NCBI GenBank assembly: GCA_964609065.1
Contig: CAZSRB010000002.1
Coordinates: 27,084-91,083 of the forward strand
DNA length: 64,000 bases
Source: an uncultured Acidibacter sp.
Lineage (GTDB): Bacteria > Pseudomonadota > Gammaproteobacteria > Steroidobacterales > Steroidobacteraceae
Reading direction: 5' to 3'
Under the pieces are notes generated by a model that ran no database searches, was not told where the DNA came from, and worked only from the letters and a program-made list of their open reading frames with translations. The first letter of the stretch is position 1. Every line of letters starts with the position of its first letter. The position numbers and the translations under genes were made by a program. This document shows positions 35,815 through 49,284 of this stretch, one piece after another.

Positions 35815-37032
35815 ATGACAATCAGCCTAAAAAACGTGCGCGATGCCGCAAAGGCGATCGAAGGCCATGTGCTGCGTACACCGTGCCGCAAGTCCATCAC
35901 GCTGTCGCAGATGACCGGTGCAGAGCTATTCCTCAAGTTTGAGAACCAGCAGTTCACCGCCTCGTTTAAAGAGCGTGGTGCGCTCAACAAGCTCTTAAGC
36001 CTCGATGCCGCGCAACGCGCTCGCGGTGTGATCGCCATGTCCGCAGGCAACCACGCCCAAGGGGTCGCTTATCACGCTAAGCGACTCGGTATCCCCGCCA
36101 CCATCGTGATGCCAGTCTCGACGCCTTTCACCAAAGTTCAACAAACCCGTTTATTGGGTGCGCGCGTCATCCTGGAAGGGCAGCAACTCACCGATGCTGC
36201 GGCCCATGCCCGAGCACTGGCGATCGAAGAGAATCTACTTTTCGTTCATCCCTACGACGATGAGCACATCATCGCGGGACAAGGCACGATTGCTCTAGAA
36301 ATGCTGATCGACTTTCCGGATCTCGATGTCCTGTGTGTGCCGGTTGGCGGCGGCGGCTTACTCGCCGGCATGGCCATTGCCGCGAAGTCCATCAAGCCGA
36401 GCATTCGTCTGATTGGCGTTCAAACCCGCGCATTTCCGAGCATGCACGCAGCAATAAAAGGCGAGGAAATGCCCGCTTCCGGACAAACCATTGCCGAGGG
36501 TATCGCCGTGCGTGAGCCGGGCGTACTCACCCGCGAAATCATTGAGCGCTGGGTGGATGACATTGTGCTCGTGGACGATGCCGATATTGAGCGCGCAATT
36601 AGTCTTTATGTGAGCATCGAAAAAACCGTCGTCGAGGGCGCCGGTGCGGCAGGCCTTGCGGCCGTGCTCGCTCACCCTCAAAGATTTAAAGACCAAAAGA
36701 CAGGTCTTGTCATCTGCGGAGGCAATATTGACACCCGCTTGCTCGGTATCGTCCTACAACGTCAGATGGTTCGCGAACGCCGACTACTGACACTACGCTT
36801 TGAGAGTGCCGATCAACCCGGCACCTTGGCACGAATCGCCAGCATCATTGCTGAAGTCGGCGGCAACATCGTGGATGTCACCCACCATCGCCTATTTCTC
36901 GATGTACCTGCGAAAGCGGCTGATCTCGATTTTACCGTGGAGACCCGCGATGCCGAGCACACCAGCCAATTAGAGGCTGCGCTGCAGGCCGCTGAACTAA
37001 CGCCTCGTATCTTGCAAAGTAGCAAGGGTTGA
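35815..37032 (+). CDS. ilvA: Threonine ammonia-lyase (short form, single C-terminal ACT-like domain)
   Basis: PLP-lysine motif FTASFKERGALNK and a GGGGL glycine loop. The C-terminal approximately 80 aa are ACT-like. Confidence 0.85.
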   Translation: MTISLKNVRDAAKAIEGHVLRTPCRKSITLSQMTGAELFLKFENQQFTASFKERGALNKLLSLDAAQRARGVIAMSAGNHAQGVAYHAKRLGIPATIVMPVSTPFTKVQQTRLLGARVILEGQQLTDAAAHARALAIEENLLFVHPYDDEHIIAGQGTIALEMLIDFPDLDVLCVPVGGGGLLAGMAIAAKSIKPSIRLIGVQTRAFPSMHAAIKGEEMPASGQTIAEGIAVREPGVLTREIIERWVDDIVLVDDADIERAISLYVSIEKTVVEGAGAAGLAAVLAHPQRFKDQKTGLVICGGNIDTRLLGIVLQRQMVRERRLLTLRFESADQPGTLARIASIIAEVGGNIVDVTHHRLFLDVPAKAADLDFTVETRDAEHTSQLEAALQAAELTPRILQSSKG

Positions 37033-37066
37033 TCCCACGGGCCCGGACTCTGCATAGTCCGTCCCT

Positions 37067-38689
37067 ATGAGCACCGAATCGCCCAACGGGATCAAGGAAA
37101 CGACCCCGACTCGCCGCATCGCCCTCGATCGATTTTTAGATGCGATCGAGCGCGGCGGTAATGCCCTCCCTCATCCGGCAACGCTGTTCGCGTTACTGGC
37201 TGTCATCGTCATTATTGCCTCTTGGATTGCCACCCAAGTAGGGGTTTCCGTCCAGCATCCGACGACCGGGGCCACCGTTACACCGGTTAATTTATTGAGC
37301 CTCGAGGGTCTGCATCGTATCTTGACGCGGCTTGTCACTAACTTTACGAGCTTTGCGCCACTCGGCACGGTGCTGGTCGCGCTCATTGGTATCGGGGTCG
37401 CCGAGCACTCGGGGTTGATCGGCGCTGCGCTGCGTAAACTTGTGCTCTCTTCGCCTAAGCGCTTGCTAACGCCGATCTTAGTCTTTGCTGGGGTCATGTC
37501 GAACATGGCCAGTGAAATCGGCTACGTGTTGTTGATCCCGCTCGCAGGTCTCATCTTTAAATCTGCGGGGCGTCACCCGATTGTGGGCATGGCGGCTGCG
37601 TTCGCCGGTGTGTCAGGCGGTTACTCTGCCAACCTTTTGATTGGCACCATTGATCCGCTGTTATCGGGACTCTCGCAAGAGGCGGCCGCCATTGTCGATG
37701 CGGACTATCGGGTCTCGCCGCTCGCCAATTGGTATTTCATGATCGTCTCGACACCGCTCGTCACATTCCTCGGCTGGTTTGTCGCCGAGCGATTTACGGC
37801 ACCGAGATTCCCCGATCCTGTGGGCGTACAAACTGCGACGACCGACACCGACTCGGCCGCCCTGACAGCGCAGACCGGGGAAAACTTTGAAGATGAGCTT
37901 TCACCGAGCGAGCGCCGCGGCCTGCGCTATGCCGGTCTTGCCACCCTCGCGCTGACCTTGCTGATTGTGTGGTCGATGCTGCCAGTGGGATCGTTACCGG
38001 GCGCCGGCTTCCTACGTAATCCTCAAACGGGTGAATTACTCAACTCCCCTTTACTGTCAGGGGTGGTGGCGATCATTTTCTTATATGGACTCGTCAGCGG
38101 AGTCGCGTATGGCATCGGCGCCGGCACGATCAAAAGTGATGCGGATGTCGTTCAGGGGATGGGTCAGAGCATGTCGACGCTCGGCACCTATCTCGTGCTC
38201 GTTTTCTTTGCCGCGCAGTTCGTGGCGTTTTTCAATTGGACTCAGCTCGGTCTCATCATGGCTGTCAATGGCGCCGATACACTGCGGGCACTGGAGCTCC
38301 CCGCGGTCCCGTTATTTGTGTCATTCATCTTGCTGACAGCGCTCGTCAACTTAGTGATGGGATCTGCCTCGGCTAAATGGGCACTCATGGCGCCGGTGTT
38401 TATCCCGATGTTCATGCTGCTCGGCTACTCGCCGGAGCTCACGCAAACCGCGTATCGCGTGGGCGACAGCGTGACCAACATCATCTCTCCGATGATGAGT
38501 TACTTTGCCTTGATCATCGCGTTCTTTCAGCGCTATGAGCCGCGTTCTGGACTCGGCACGATCGTCGCCGTGATGCTGCCGTACTCCATGACCTTCCTGC
38601 TCGGTTGGTCCATTTTGTTTGGTATTTGGCTGAGCTTCGGATTACCCGTCGGCCCCAATTCGCCACTGGAATTTAGGCTCAATCCATGA
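37067..38689 (+). CDS. AbgT-family transporter (p-aminobenzoyl-glutamate / antimetabolite transporter family)
   Basis: N-terminus [26 protein letters not shown] and overall AbgT/MtrF-like topology. Confidence 0.85.
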   Translation: MSTESPNGIKETTPTRRIALDRFLDAIERGGNALPHPATLFALLAVIVIIASWIATQVGVSVQHPTTGATVTPVNLLSLEGLHRILTRLVTNFTSFAPLGTVLVALIGIGVAEHSGLIGAALRKLVLSSPKRLLTPILVFAGVMSNMASEIGYVLLIPLAGLIFKSAGRHPIVGMAAAFAGVSGGYSANLLIGTIDPLLSGLSQEAAAIVDADYRVSPLANWYFMIVSTPLVTFLGWFVAERFTAPRFPDPVGVQTATTDTDSAALTAQTGENFEDELSPSERRGLRYAGLATLALTLLIVWSMLPVGSLPGAGFLRNPQTGELLNSPLLSGVVAIIFLYGLVSGVAYGIGAGTIKSDADVVQGMGQSMSTLGTYLVLVFFAAQFVAFFNWTQLGLIMAVNGADTLRALELPAVPLFVSFILLTALVNLVMGSASAKWALMAPVFIPMFMLLGYSPELTQTAYRVGDSVTNIISPMMSYFALIIAFFQRYEPRSGLGTIVAVMLPYSMTFLLGWSILFGIWLSFGLPVGPNSPLEFRLNP

Positions 38690-39513
38690 CCGAACCGAAC
38701 GCAGAGGAGCGACCATTCGTCGTACCCTGCGCGCGTCTCGATTTCGATGCGCCGCTACGCTGGCTACGCTTGGGGTGGCAGGATCTGCGTCGCGCACCCG
38801 GGCTCAGCGCTATCTTTGGTCTCGTGATCGTGCTCGTCAGTCTCGCCGTCAGTGCACTCGCCTGGCAGTTGGGGCGCTTTGCACTGCTTGCAACCTTACT
38901 CTCAGGGTTTGTATTCATTGCCCCGCTACTGGCCGTTGGACTTTATAGCGTCTCGAGCGCGCTCGAGACAGGGCGTACACCACGCCTAGCCGATAGCTTT
39001 CGCTTGGTCCGTAGTGTGACGGGTCAAGCGGCGGTCTTTGCCCTACTGCAAATGGTCGTGCTCTTTACCTGGTCGCGCGCTGGCATGATGGTCAATGCTT
39101 TCATACCCATTGAACCGGAGGACCTGCGCTCTTTAGTGGAATTTTTGGTAGTCGGCTCTGCGTTCGGCGCCGTCTTTGCGGCGCTCACGTTTGCGACGGC
39201 CGTCTTCAGTTTGCCCATGATCGCCGATCGCGATGTGGACATGGTCACAGCCACTGTCTCGAGCATTCATGCTGTACTGCGTAACAAGCGTGTCACTTTT
39301 TTATGGGCGGTGTGGATTGGTCTACTGACCCTACTCGGCTTTGCCACGCTTTTCTTAGGTCTAGCCGTGGTGATGCCGTGGCTTGCCTACTCCGCTTGGC
39401 ATAGCTATCGCGAAACGCTTGATGCGTCCATCTGGCCCAAACTTTCGATGACGCCACGAGCAGCAGACTCAATTAAATCGAGCACTCGCTCAAACCCCGC
39501 CTCACCCCCATAG
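38686..39513 (+). CDS. DUF2189-like integral membrane protein
   Basis: [17 protein letters not shown]-terminal motif and 4-5 TM segments. ATGA overlap with the AbgT gene stop. Confidence 0.65.
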   Translation: MTEPNAEERPFVVPCARLDFDAPLRWLRLGWQDLRRAPGLSAIFGLVIVLVSLAVSALAWQLGRFALLATLLSGFVFIAPLLAVGLYSVSSALETGRTPRLADSFRLVRSVTGQAAVFALLQMVVLFTWSRAGMMVNAFIPIEPEDLRSLVEFLVVGSAFGAVFAALTFATAVFSLPMIADRDVDMVTATVSSIHAVLRNKRVTFLWAVWIGLLTLLGFATLFLGLAVVMPWLAYSAWHSYRETLDASIWPKLSMTPRAADSIKSSTRSNPASPP

Positions 39514-39878
39514 TAAGGGTCCGGTACGTTGCGCTCACCCCATTGCGGCGCATAGGAGAGTAATAAGTCCACACGACCCGACCCCTGACGCAACATGGCG
39601 GTGCGGTTATCCTCATCCATCGCCAAGAGTAAATCGAATCGATCAAAATCTTGGGCGGTGAACTGCCGCGCCCGTAAAGGTGATAAGTCATACCCCCGAC
39701 GCGCGGCCGCTGCCATCGCGCGTGGATCAGGCGGATCGCCGACGTGATAGCCGTGCGTTCCCGCCGAATCCACCTCTAACGTAAGCTCGGGCGCCTCGCG
39801 ACGCGCGAGCTCACGCAGTACCGCTTCTGCCGTTGGCGAGCGGCAAATATTGCCCATACAAACGCACAGCACTCGCAT
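39405..39878 (-). CDS. Low-molecular-weight protein-tyrosine phosphatase
   Basis: P-loop CVCMGNICRSPTAE and a DP-containing loop (VPDPYYG). Confidence 0.9.
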   Translation of the reverse strand: MRVLCVCMGNICRSPTAEAVLRELARREAPELTLEVDSAGTHGYHVGDPPDPRAMAAAARRGYDLSPLRARQFTAQDFDRFDLLLAMDEDNRTAMLRQGSGRVDLLLSYAPQWGERNVPDPYYGGEAGFERVLDLIESAARGVIESLGQMDASSVSR

Positions 39879-39908
39879 AGAGACCCTCGTTAGTCGCGTC
39901 TTAGTGGG

Positions 39909-41756
39909 CTAGTGGGCGCTCGCGACCGGCTGATCACCCGCCGAGTCGACCCACGCCTGCACCTGCTCTTCAAGTAAATCGAGCGGCAGAGGCCCTGAGC
40001 GCAGGATGACGTCATGGAAATCACGAATATCAAATCGCTCGCCCAAAGCCTGCTCGGCATCGCGCCGTAACGAGACGATTTTCAGCATCCCGACCATATA
40101 GGCCGTCGCCTGTCCCGGCATCACGATGTAGCGCTCCGTTGCCTTCGTTGCCGCATCGCGCGTCATGGGTAAATTGGCCAGGTGATAGTCGATGACCTGC
40201 TCACGCGTCCAGCGCTTGGCGTGTAAGCCCGTATCGACGACCAAGCGCACGGCTCGGATGAGCTCCATCACGAGACGCCCAAAGTCTGAATAGGGATCGG
40301 CGTAAAAACCTAATTCTTTGGGTAAACGCTCGGTGTATAGCCCCCACCCCTCCGAGTAGGCCGTAAAACCGCCGAAACGTCGAAAGCGCGGTAAGTCACC
40401 GAGCTCGCCGGCAATCGCCAACTGCATGTGATGCCCCGGGATACCCTCATGATAGGCGAGCGCTTCCATCTCGTATTTCGGCATGTCGGCCATACGATAG
40501 AGATTGGCGTAATACACGCCGGGACGCGTCCCATCCTGCGAGGGTCGCTGGTAGAAGGCTTTACCGGCCGATTTTTCTCGGAAGGGCTCGACGGCTTTGA
40601 CGATCATCGGCGCCTTGGGCAGGGTGCGAAACAGCTCCGGCAGCCGCGCCTGCATGCCATCGATCAAACGCTTGGCTTCGGTGAGATAGGCCTCTTTACC
40701 CTCAGGACCCTCCGGGTAATAAAACCGTGGTTCATTTCTGAGCCACTCAAAGAATGCTTGCAGATCGCCGTCAAAATTGACCTGCCGCATGATGGCGCGC
40801 ATTTCATTTTGAATGCGTTCGACTTCCCCAAGGCCAAGCTCATGGATTTGCTCAGCGGTCATATCAGTCGTGGTATAGCCCGCCAGCAAAAAATTGTAAT
40901 AGCGGGCACCATCCTCTGTGCGCCAAATCCCATCATCTGTACCCGCACGCTCTGCCGCGGCCTCAGCGTGGGCGATCAGCGCTTGATAGGCGGGTAAGAC
41001 AGAGTCTTTGAGGACCGCCGCGGCATCGATGAGTAAACGCTGACTCACCTCCTCTTCTAAAGCCAAGCTTGCGACCTTCGCCTTGAAGTCAGCCCAGAGT
41101 GGACTATCAGCACCCTCCTCAAAGGGCGCTCCTCGGATGACATTGCGCGCATCCGAAATCACATACGAAAATACAAAACGTGGGGGTAATGCGCCCTTAG
41201 CTTCCGCCGCGTTCATCGATTCGATCGCTTGGGAAAATCGCTCTCTCACACCGCGCAAGCGCGAGATATAGGCGTGTGCGTCTGCCAAAGATTTGACCTG
41301 ATGGGTGTTGATCATGAACGCGGGTAGCTGCGACTGCAGCCCATTCATTTGATCGAGCCCATAGCGATGCTGACGCCATTCGTACGCGGCGATACTGCGC
41401 TCGGCGTTGCGTCGGAAAATGTCATAAGACAAGCGCGTCTGACCTGTTAATTGAGCGGGGTCAATCGACTCAGTGAATTCAGCCAGCTGACGTTGCGTAC
41501 GCTCAAGACTTTGACGACGCTCCGCCTCGGTCAGGGGCGTCCACTCACCATAGCGGACCCTCAAGCCCAACTGAGCCGCAAACTCAGGACTCGCCTGAAT
41601 ACGCTCTTCGAACACTCGTTCAAAGAAGGCGTTGGCCTTGGCATTCATATCCTCAGCGGGCGCAGCCGATGCAGCGGGCGCCGCTACTGCCGCCAGACTG
41701 TGGAACACCAGTAAACCCAGACCCCAAGTCATGATGGATGAAGTGATCCTTCTCAT
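39909..41756 (-). CDS. DUF885-family secreted protein (putative metallopeptidase-like)
   Basis: Signal peptide, and the HEGIPGHHMQ motif characteristic of DUF885. Confidence 0.82.
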   Translation of the reverse strand: MRRITSSIMTWGLGLLVFHSLAAVAAPAASAAPAEDMNAKANAFFERVFEERIQASPEFAAQLGLRVRYGEWTPLTEAERRQSLERTQRQLAEFTESIDPAQLTGQTRLSYDIFRRNAERSIAAYEWRQHRYGLDQMNGLQSQLPAFMINTHQVKSLADAHAYISRLRGVRERFSQAIESMNAAEAKGALPPRFVFSYVISDARNVIRGAPFEEGADSPLWADFKAKVASLALEEEVSQRLLIDAAAVLKDSVLPAYQALIAHAEAAAERAGTDDGIWRTEDGARYYNFLLAGYTTTDMTAEQIHELGLGEVERIQNEMRAIMRQVNFDGDLQAFFEWLRNEPRFYYPEGPEGKEAYLTEAKRLIDGMQARLPELFRTLPKAPMIVKAVEPFREKSAGKAFYQRPSQDGTRPGVYYANLYRMADMPKYEMEALAYHEGIPGHHMQLAIAGELGDLPRFRRFGGFTAYSEGWGLYTERLPKELGFYADPYSDFGRLVMELIRAVRLVVDTGLHAKRWTREQVIDYHLANLPMTRDAATKATERYIVMPGQATAYMVGMLKIVSLRRDAEQALGERFDIRDFHDVILRSGPLPLDLLEEQVQAWVDSAGDQPVASAH

Positions 41757-41819
41757 CTCGACTCCTTCTAAGAAATTAAGCCACTGCCCGCGATACCCAA
41801 AAGAGTAACGATCCGAGCA

Positions 41820-43919
<2,100 letters not shown>

Positions 43920-43956
43920 TTAGTGTCACGCAAATATAGAGCGTGACGGGGGGGGA

Positions 43957-45603
<1,647 letters not shown>

Positions 45604-45621
45604 TCAGTGAGATACGGGGGC

Positions 45622-45915
45622 TTACTTGCCTTCAACCACGGCCATGATGTCTTCCTCGCGCATCACGAGGAGATCGTCGCCGTCGACCTTCACTTCGGTG
45701 CCGCTGTACTTGCCAAAGAGGACCTTGTCGCCCACTTTGACATCCAGCGCACGGACCGAGCCGTCTTCGAGGATCTTGCCCTTGCCCACGGCGAGGACCT
45801 TGCCCTGTGAGGGCTTTTCGGTCGCGCTGTCGGGAATAACGATTCCGCCCGGTGAGGTACGTTCCTCTTCCAGGCGCTTCACGATCACACGGTCATGAAG
45901 CGGACGAATTTTCAT
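45622..45915 (-). CDS. groES: Co-chaperonin GroES
   Basis: [14 protein letters not shown] and 97 aa. AAGGAG lies 6 nt upstream of the ATG. Confidence 0.98.
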   Translation of the reverse strand: MKIRPLHDRVIVKRLEEERTSPGGIVIPDSATEKPSQGKVLAVGKGKILEDGSVRALDVKVGDKVLFGKYSGTEVKVDGDDLLVMREEDIMAVVEGK

Positions 45916-45967
45916 GTTTCGCTCCTTAGATAAAGTATCGAACGGGATAGTGGCGGGAAGAACGCTG

Positions 45968-45994
45968 TTAGCACTCTCCCCACGTGGCTGCTAA
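45968..45994 (-). promoter_or_regulatory. CIRCE-like operator (HrcA binding site) in the groESL leader
   Basis: TTAGCACTC-N9-GGCTGCTAA. The left arm is 9/9 and the right arm 7/9 to consensus TTAGCACTC-N9-GAGTGCTAA, with exact 9-nt spacing. It lies immediately downstream of the putative -10. Confidence 0.7.
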
Positions 45995-46022
45995 TGATAG
46001 CGACGGAATGTTTCTTTTCAAG
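45994..46022 (-). promoter_or_regulatory. Putative groESL promoter
   Basis: On the minus strand: CTTGAAA (46022-46016), a 16-nt spacer, then TATCAT (45999-45994). The -35 is also an exact sigma-32 heptamer, but the -10 is sigma-70-like. Confidence 0.5.
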
Positions 46023-46101
46023 GGCAGCGCCCGCTATTCTTATGCGCGTTTTCCACGCCCATCTGGGATTCTGCTCGATGGCACTCAGGTAACCTAAGCC
46101 C

Positions 46102-47922
46102 ATGATCAAGCGCGCTTTTTTCGTTTTAGCTTGTCTGCTCGCGACCGTGATGGCGGGTAATGTCGCCCGCGCCCAGCTGGGTGACAGCGAATTTCTGCCC
46201 CCTCGAGAAGCATTTCAGGTGGTGGCCCTACCCGCGGCCGCGGACAAGATTTCTGTGCAATTTCTGATTCAGCCCGGCTACTACGTCTATCGACACCGCT
46301 TGAGCTTCGATATCGACACCGCGAGCGGCGAGCAGCTCGCCCGCTTGGGCACGCCCGTGATCCCGGACGGCAAAGAAAAAGAGGATGAATTCTTTGGTCT
46401 TCAGCAGGTTTATTACGATTACTTAGAAGTCGCGGTGCCCGTGTCGCGGGCAGCAGGCGAATCGCTTGAGCTCCCACTCATCGTGGGTTTGCAAGGCTGC
46501 GCCGACGCGGGCCTCTGTTACCCCCCTGAAAAGCGCCGCATGACCGTCGTACTACCGGCCACTGCGAGCGATGGAGGCGCATTCTTTGCTGACGCGCCGT
46601 CGAGCGCGGCAGGGCTAGATGCGAAGGACAACGCTGGGTTTTTTGTCTCGGAACAAGATCGGCTTGCTGCCCTGATCCGCGATGGGGCGCTCGGCTGGGT
46701 GCTCATCACCTTCTTTGGTCTTGGCCTATTGTTAGCCTTCACGCCTTGCGTCTTACCCATGGTGCCGATCTTGTCAGGCATCATCGCCGGGCAAGGCACG
46801 ATCTCCACCTCACGCGCCTTCGTATTGTCGTTGAGCTACGTGCTCGGAATGGCCGTTGTGAATACTTTGGCAGGCGTCGCAGCAGCAGCAGCAGGCCAGC
46901 AAGTACAGGCCCTCTTTCAGCAACCGTGGATTATTTCGGTGTTCGCGGGACTGTTTGTGCTGTTTGCGCTCTCCATGTTTGGCCTATTTACGATTCAACT
47001 ACCCTCAGCCCTGCAAAGCCGGCTCTCGGATGTCAGTAATCGTCAGCGAGCAGGTACGCTCGGTGGGGTCGCCGTCATGGGCGGCCTGTCGGCACTCATT
47101 GTGTCGGCCTGTGTGGCGCCGCCGCTCTTTGCCGCGCTTGCGGTGATGGCGCAGACCGGTGATGTTTGGCGCGGCGGCAGCGCGCTCTTTGTCATGTCGC
47201 TCGGCATGGGCACGCCGCTCTTGATTATTGGCACCTCAGCAGGCCGTCTGCTACCAAAGGCAGGCGCTTGGATGGAGACGGTCAAAAAATTCTTTGGTGT
47301 GCTGATGCTCGGCGTGGCGGCCTGGATGCTCGAGCGCATCACGCCACCTGGAGCATCACTCTTGCTCTGGGCGATTCCTTTGATTGCGGCGTCTGTCTTA
47401 CTGCTACAGATCCGATCGCGCGCTCTGGCCGCCTGGTTGGCACGCGGAGGTGGCGCTTTGGCAGCCGCTTGGGCGGGCCTACTCATTGTGGGCTTTTTTA
47501 TGGGTGGACGCGATCCTCTGGCGCCGCTACCCCAACTGGCAACGCCCGTGAGCACCTTGGAATTTCGTAAGATCAAAACCGTCGCCGATCTCGACCGTGA
47601 AGTCGCAGCCGCCGCAGCCGAAGGTCGACCCGTAATGCTCGATTTCTATGCCGACTGGTGCGTCTCCTGCAAAGAAATGGAGCGTGATACCTTCACCGAT
47701 GATGAGGTGCAGGCTGCGCTCAGCGATGCGGTCTTACTGAAAGCCGACGTCACCGCGAACGATGCGGACGATCAAGCCCTGCTGCAGCGCTTTGAGATTT
47801 TTGGCCCACCCACCATCGCTTTTTGGGATCGCTCGGGCGCTGAACGCGCGAACTTCCGTGTGGTCGGCTTCATGCCCCCTGAGGATTTCGCCGCCGTGAT
47901 CCAACTGGCGCTGGCGCCTTAA
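46102..47922 (+). CDS. dsbD: Thiol:disulfide interchange protein DsbD
   Basis: N-terminal periplasmic domain, a TM core with CVLPMVP, and a C-terminal thioredoxin domain with WCVSCKE. Confidence 0.92.
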   Translation: MIKRAFFVLACLLATVMAGNVARAQLGDSEFLPPREAFQVVALPAAADKISVQFLIQPGYYVYRHRLSFDIDTASGEQLARLGTPVIPDGKEKEDEFFGLQQVYYDYLEVAVPVSRAAGESLELPLIVGLQGCADAGLCYPPEKRRMTVVLPATASDGGAFFADAPSSAAGLDAKDNAGFFVSEQDRLAALIRDGALGWVLITFFGLGLLLAFTPCVLPMVPILSGIIAGQGTISTSRAFVLSLSYVLGMAVVNTLAGVAAAAAGQQVQALFQQPWIISVFAGLFVLFALSMFGLFTIQLPSALQSRLSDVSNRQRAGTLGGVAVMGGLSALIVSACVAPPLFAALAVMAQTGDVWRGGSALFVMSLGMGTPLLIIGTSAGRLLPKAGAWMETVKKFFGVLMLGVAAWMLERITPPGASLLLWAIPLIAASVLLLQIRSRALAAWLARGGGALAAAWAGLLIVGFFMGGRDPLAPLPQLATPVSTLEFRKIKTVADLDREVAAAAAEGRPVMLDFYADWCVSCKEMERDTFTDDEVQAALSDAVLLKADVTANDADDQALLQRFEIFGPPTIAFWDRSGAERANFRVVGFMPPEDFAAVIQLALAP

Positions 47923-47942
47923 CCCACTGGGAGCAACACATC

Positions 47943-48677
47943 GTGACCGAATCCACCCCCCCAAACCCATCGACGACGCCCCACTCCTCCACCGACGCAG
48001 GCGGTTCACGCTGGGGACGCACGCTGATGGTGCTTGTTGCGCTCGGCATACTCGGTGGGGTGCTCGGTTTTTTATCAGGGCAATGGCTACGTGATGGCGC
48101 AACCGATGCGGCCTCAGCGAGCCGCGAGGCAGCACCGAGCGCGAGCCAAGTGAGCCGCGCAGTGCCCGAGGTACTGCCCGATTTCACGCTCGGAACGCTT
48201 GAGGGCCCCCCGCGTAGCCTCTCGAGCTTTGACCATGACTCGCTGATCGTGAATTTTTGGGCTACCTGGTGCGCGCCCTGCCGACGTGAAATTCCGCTAT
48301 TGCGCGAATTACGCGCCACCCGCGGCGATCGGGGCGTGGAAGTGGTCGGGATCGCCGTGGATTTCCGTGAAGATGTGGAACGCTATGCCGCGGAGATCGG
48401 TCTCGACTATCCGCTCTTGATTGGGGAGGAGGATGGCCTCGCCGCTGCCGATGCCTTTGGCGTGGATCCCGTGTTCCCCTTCACCGTATTTGCGGATGCC
48501 GAGCGACGTATTGTCGCGCTCAAGATCGGCGAGTTACACGCGGATGAGGCTGATTTCATTCTCGATCACATTGAGAAGATCAATGCGGGCTCGCTCGCCA
48601 TTGAACTCGCGCGCGAGCAGATCCGCGACGAACTGCGCCGACTGGACGCCTTACGCGCGGAAAAATCTCCAGCCTGA
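47943..48677 (+). CDS. TlpA/ResA-like periplasmic thiol-disulfide oxidoreductase
   Basis: Membrane anchor plus a thioredoxin fold with FWATWCAPCRRE. Start is GTG 47943 or ATG 48027. Confidence 0.82.
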   Translation: MTESTPPNPSTTPHSSTDAGGSRWGRTLMVLVALGILGGVLGFLSGQWLRDGATDAASASREAAPSASQVSRAVPEVLPDFTLGTLEGPPRSLSSFDHDSLIVNFWATWCAPCRREIPLLRELRATRGDRGVEVVGIAVDFREDVERYAAEIGLDYPLLIGEEDGLAAADAFGVDPVFPFTVFADAERRIVALKIGELHADEADFILDHIEKINAGSLAIELAREQIRDELRRLDALRAEKSPA

Positions 48678-48812
48678 TCAATGATCTAGCAATTGGCTGG
48701 CGCTTTCTGCGCCAAACTGCCAGCGATTTGTGCCGATCTCGAGCCTAAATTCGGGTAAATTGCGCTCGCCAAGGCCGGCGCACACGCGCGTGGCGGCCAT
48801 CGAGGGGGACTC

Positions 48813-49271
48813 ATGGATATTCGCAAAGTCAAAAAATTAATTGAGCTGCTCGAGGAGTCGGGTATCTCTGAGATCGAAATTAAAGAAGGCGAGGAAGCGG
48901 TGCGTATCAGCCGGCTTCCCACTGGACCGCTGACCGCCGCGGTACCCATGCCGATGGTCGCGCCCGCAGCCGCCCCGGTGGTCTCAGCGGCTGCCATCGC
49001 GCCTGCTGCGCTCCCCGCGGAACCGGCGCCCTCGACCGATCACATGGTGCAAGCGCCGATGGTCGGCACGTTTTACGCGGCACCGGCTCCCGGTGCGCAG
49101 TCGTTCGTCCAGATCGGCGATGAGGTGAAGGTTGGTCAGGTGCTTTGCATCATCGAAGCTATGAAGATGATGAACCAGATCGAGAGCGATCGCGCCGGTA
49201 AGGTCGTCTCGGTGCTCGTCCAGAACGGGGATCCGGTCGAATTCGGCCAACCTTTGTTTGCCATCCGCTGA
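48813..49271 (+). CDS. accB: Acetyl-CoA carboxylase biotin carboxyl carrier protein
   Basis: Pro/Ala linker and biotinylation motif [10 protein letters not shown]. Confidence 0.95.
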   Translation: MDIRKVKKLIELLEESGISEIEIKEGEEAVRISRLPTGPLTAAVPMPMVAPAAAPVVSAAAIAPAALPAEPAPSTDHMVQAPMVGTFYAAPAPGAQSFVQIGDEVKVGQVLCIIEAMKMMNQIESDRAGKVVSVLVQNGDPVEFGQPLFAIR

Positions 49272-49284
49272 GTCGCGCCGCCTC

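Noticed and set aside
45994-46022. Pure sigma-32 heat-shock promoter for groESL
   Set aside because: The -35 CTTGAAA is exact, but no CCCCAT-type -10 occurs at 13-15 nt. The best -10 is TATCAT at 16 nt. It is therefore reported only as a putative promoter of uncertain sigma specificity.
48678-48812. Possible remnant of aroQ or another gene between the TlpA-like gene and accB, plus competing short hairpins (TGGCGC/GCGCCA, GCTGGC/GCCAGC)
   Set aside because: It has no ORF, the hairpins are short, and there is no U-tract. At 135 bp it is an ordinary accB leader/promoter size.
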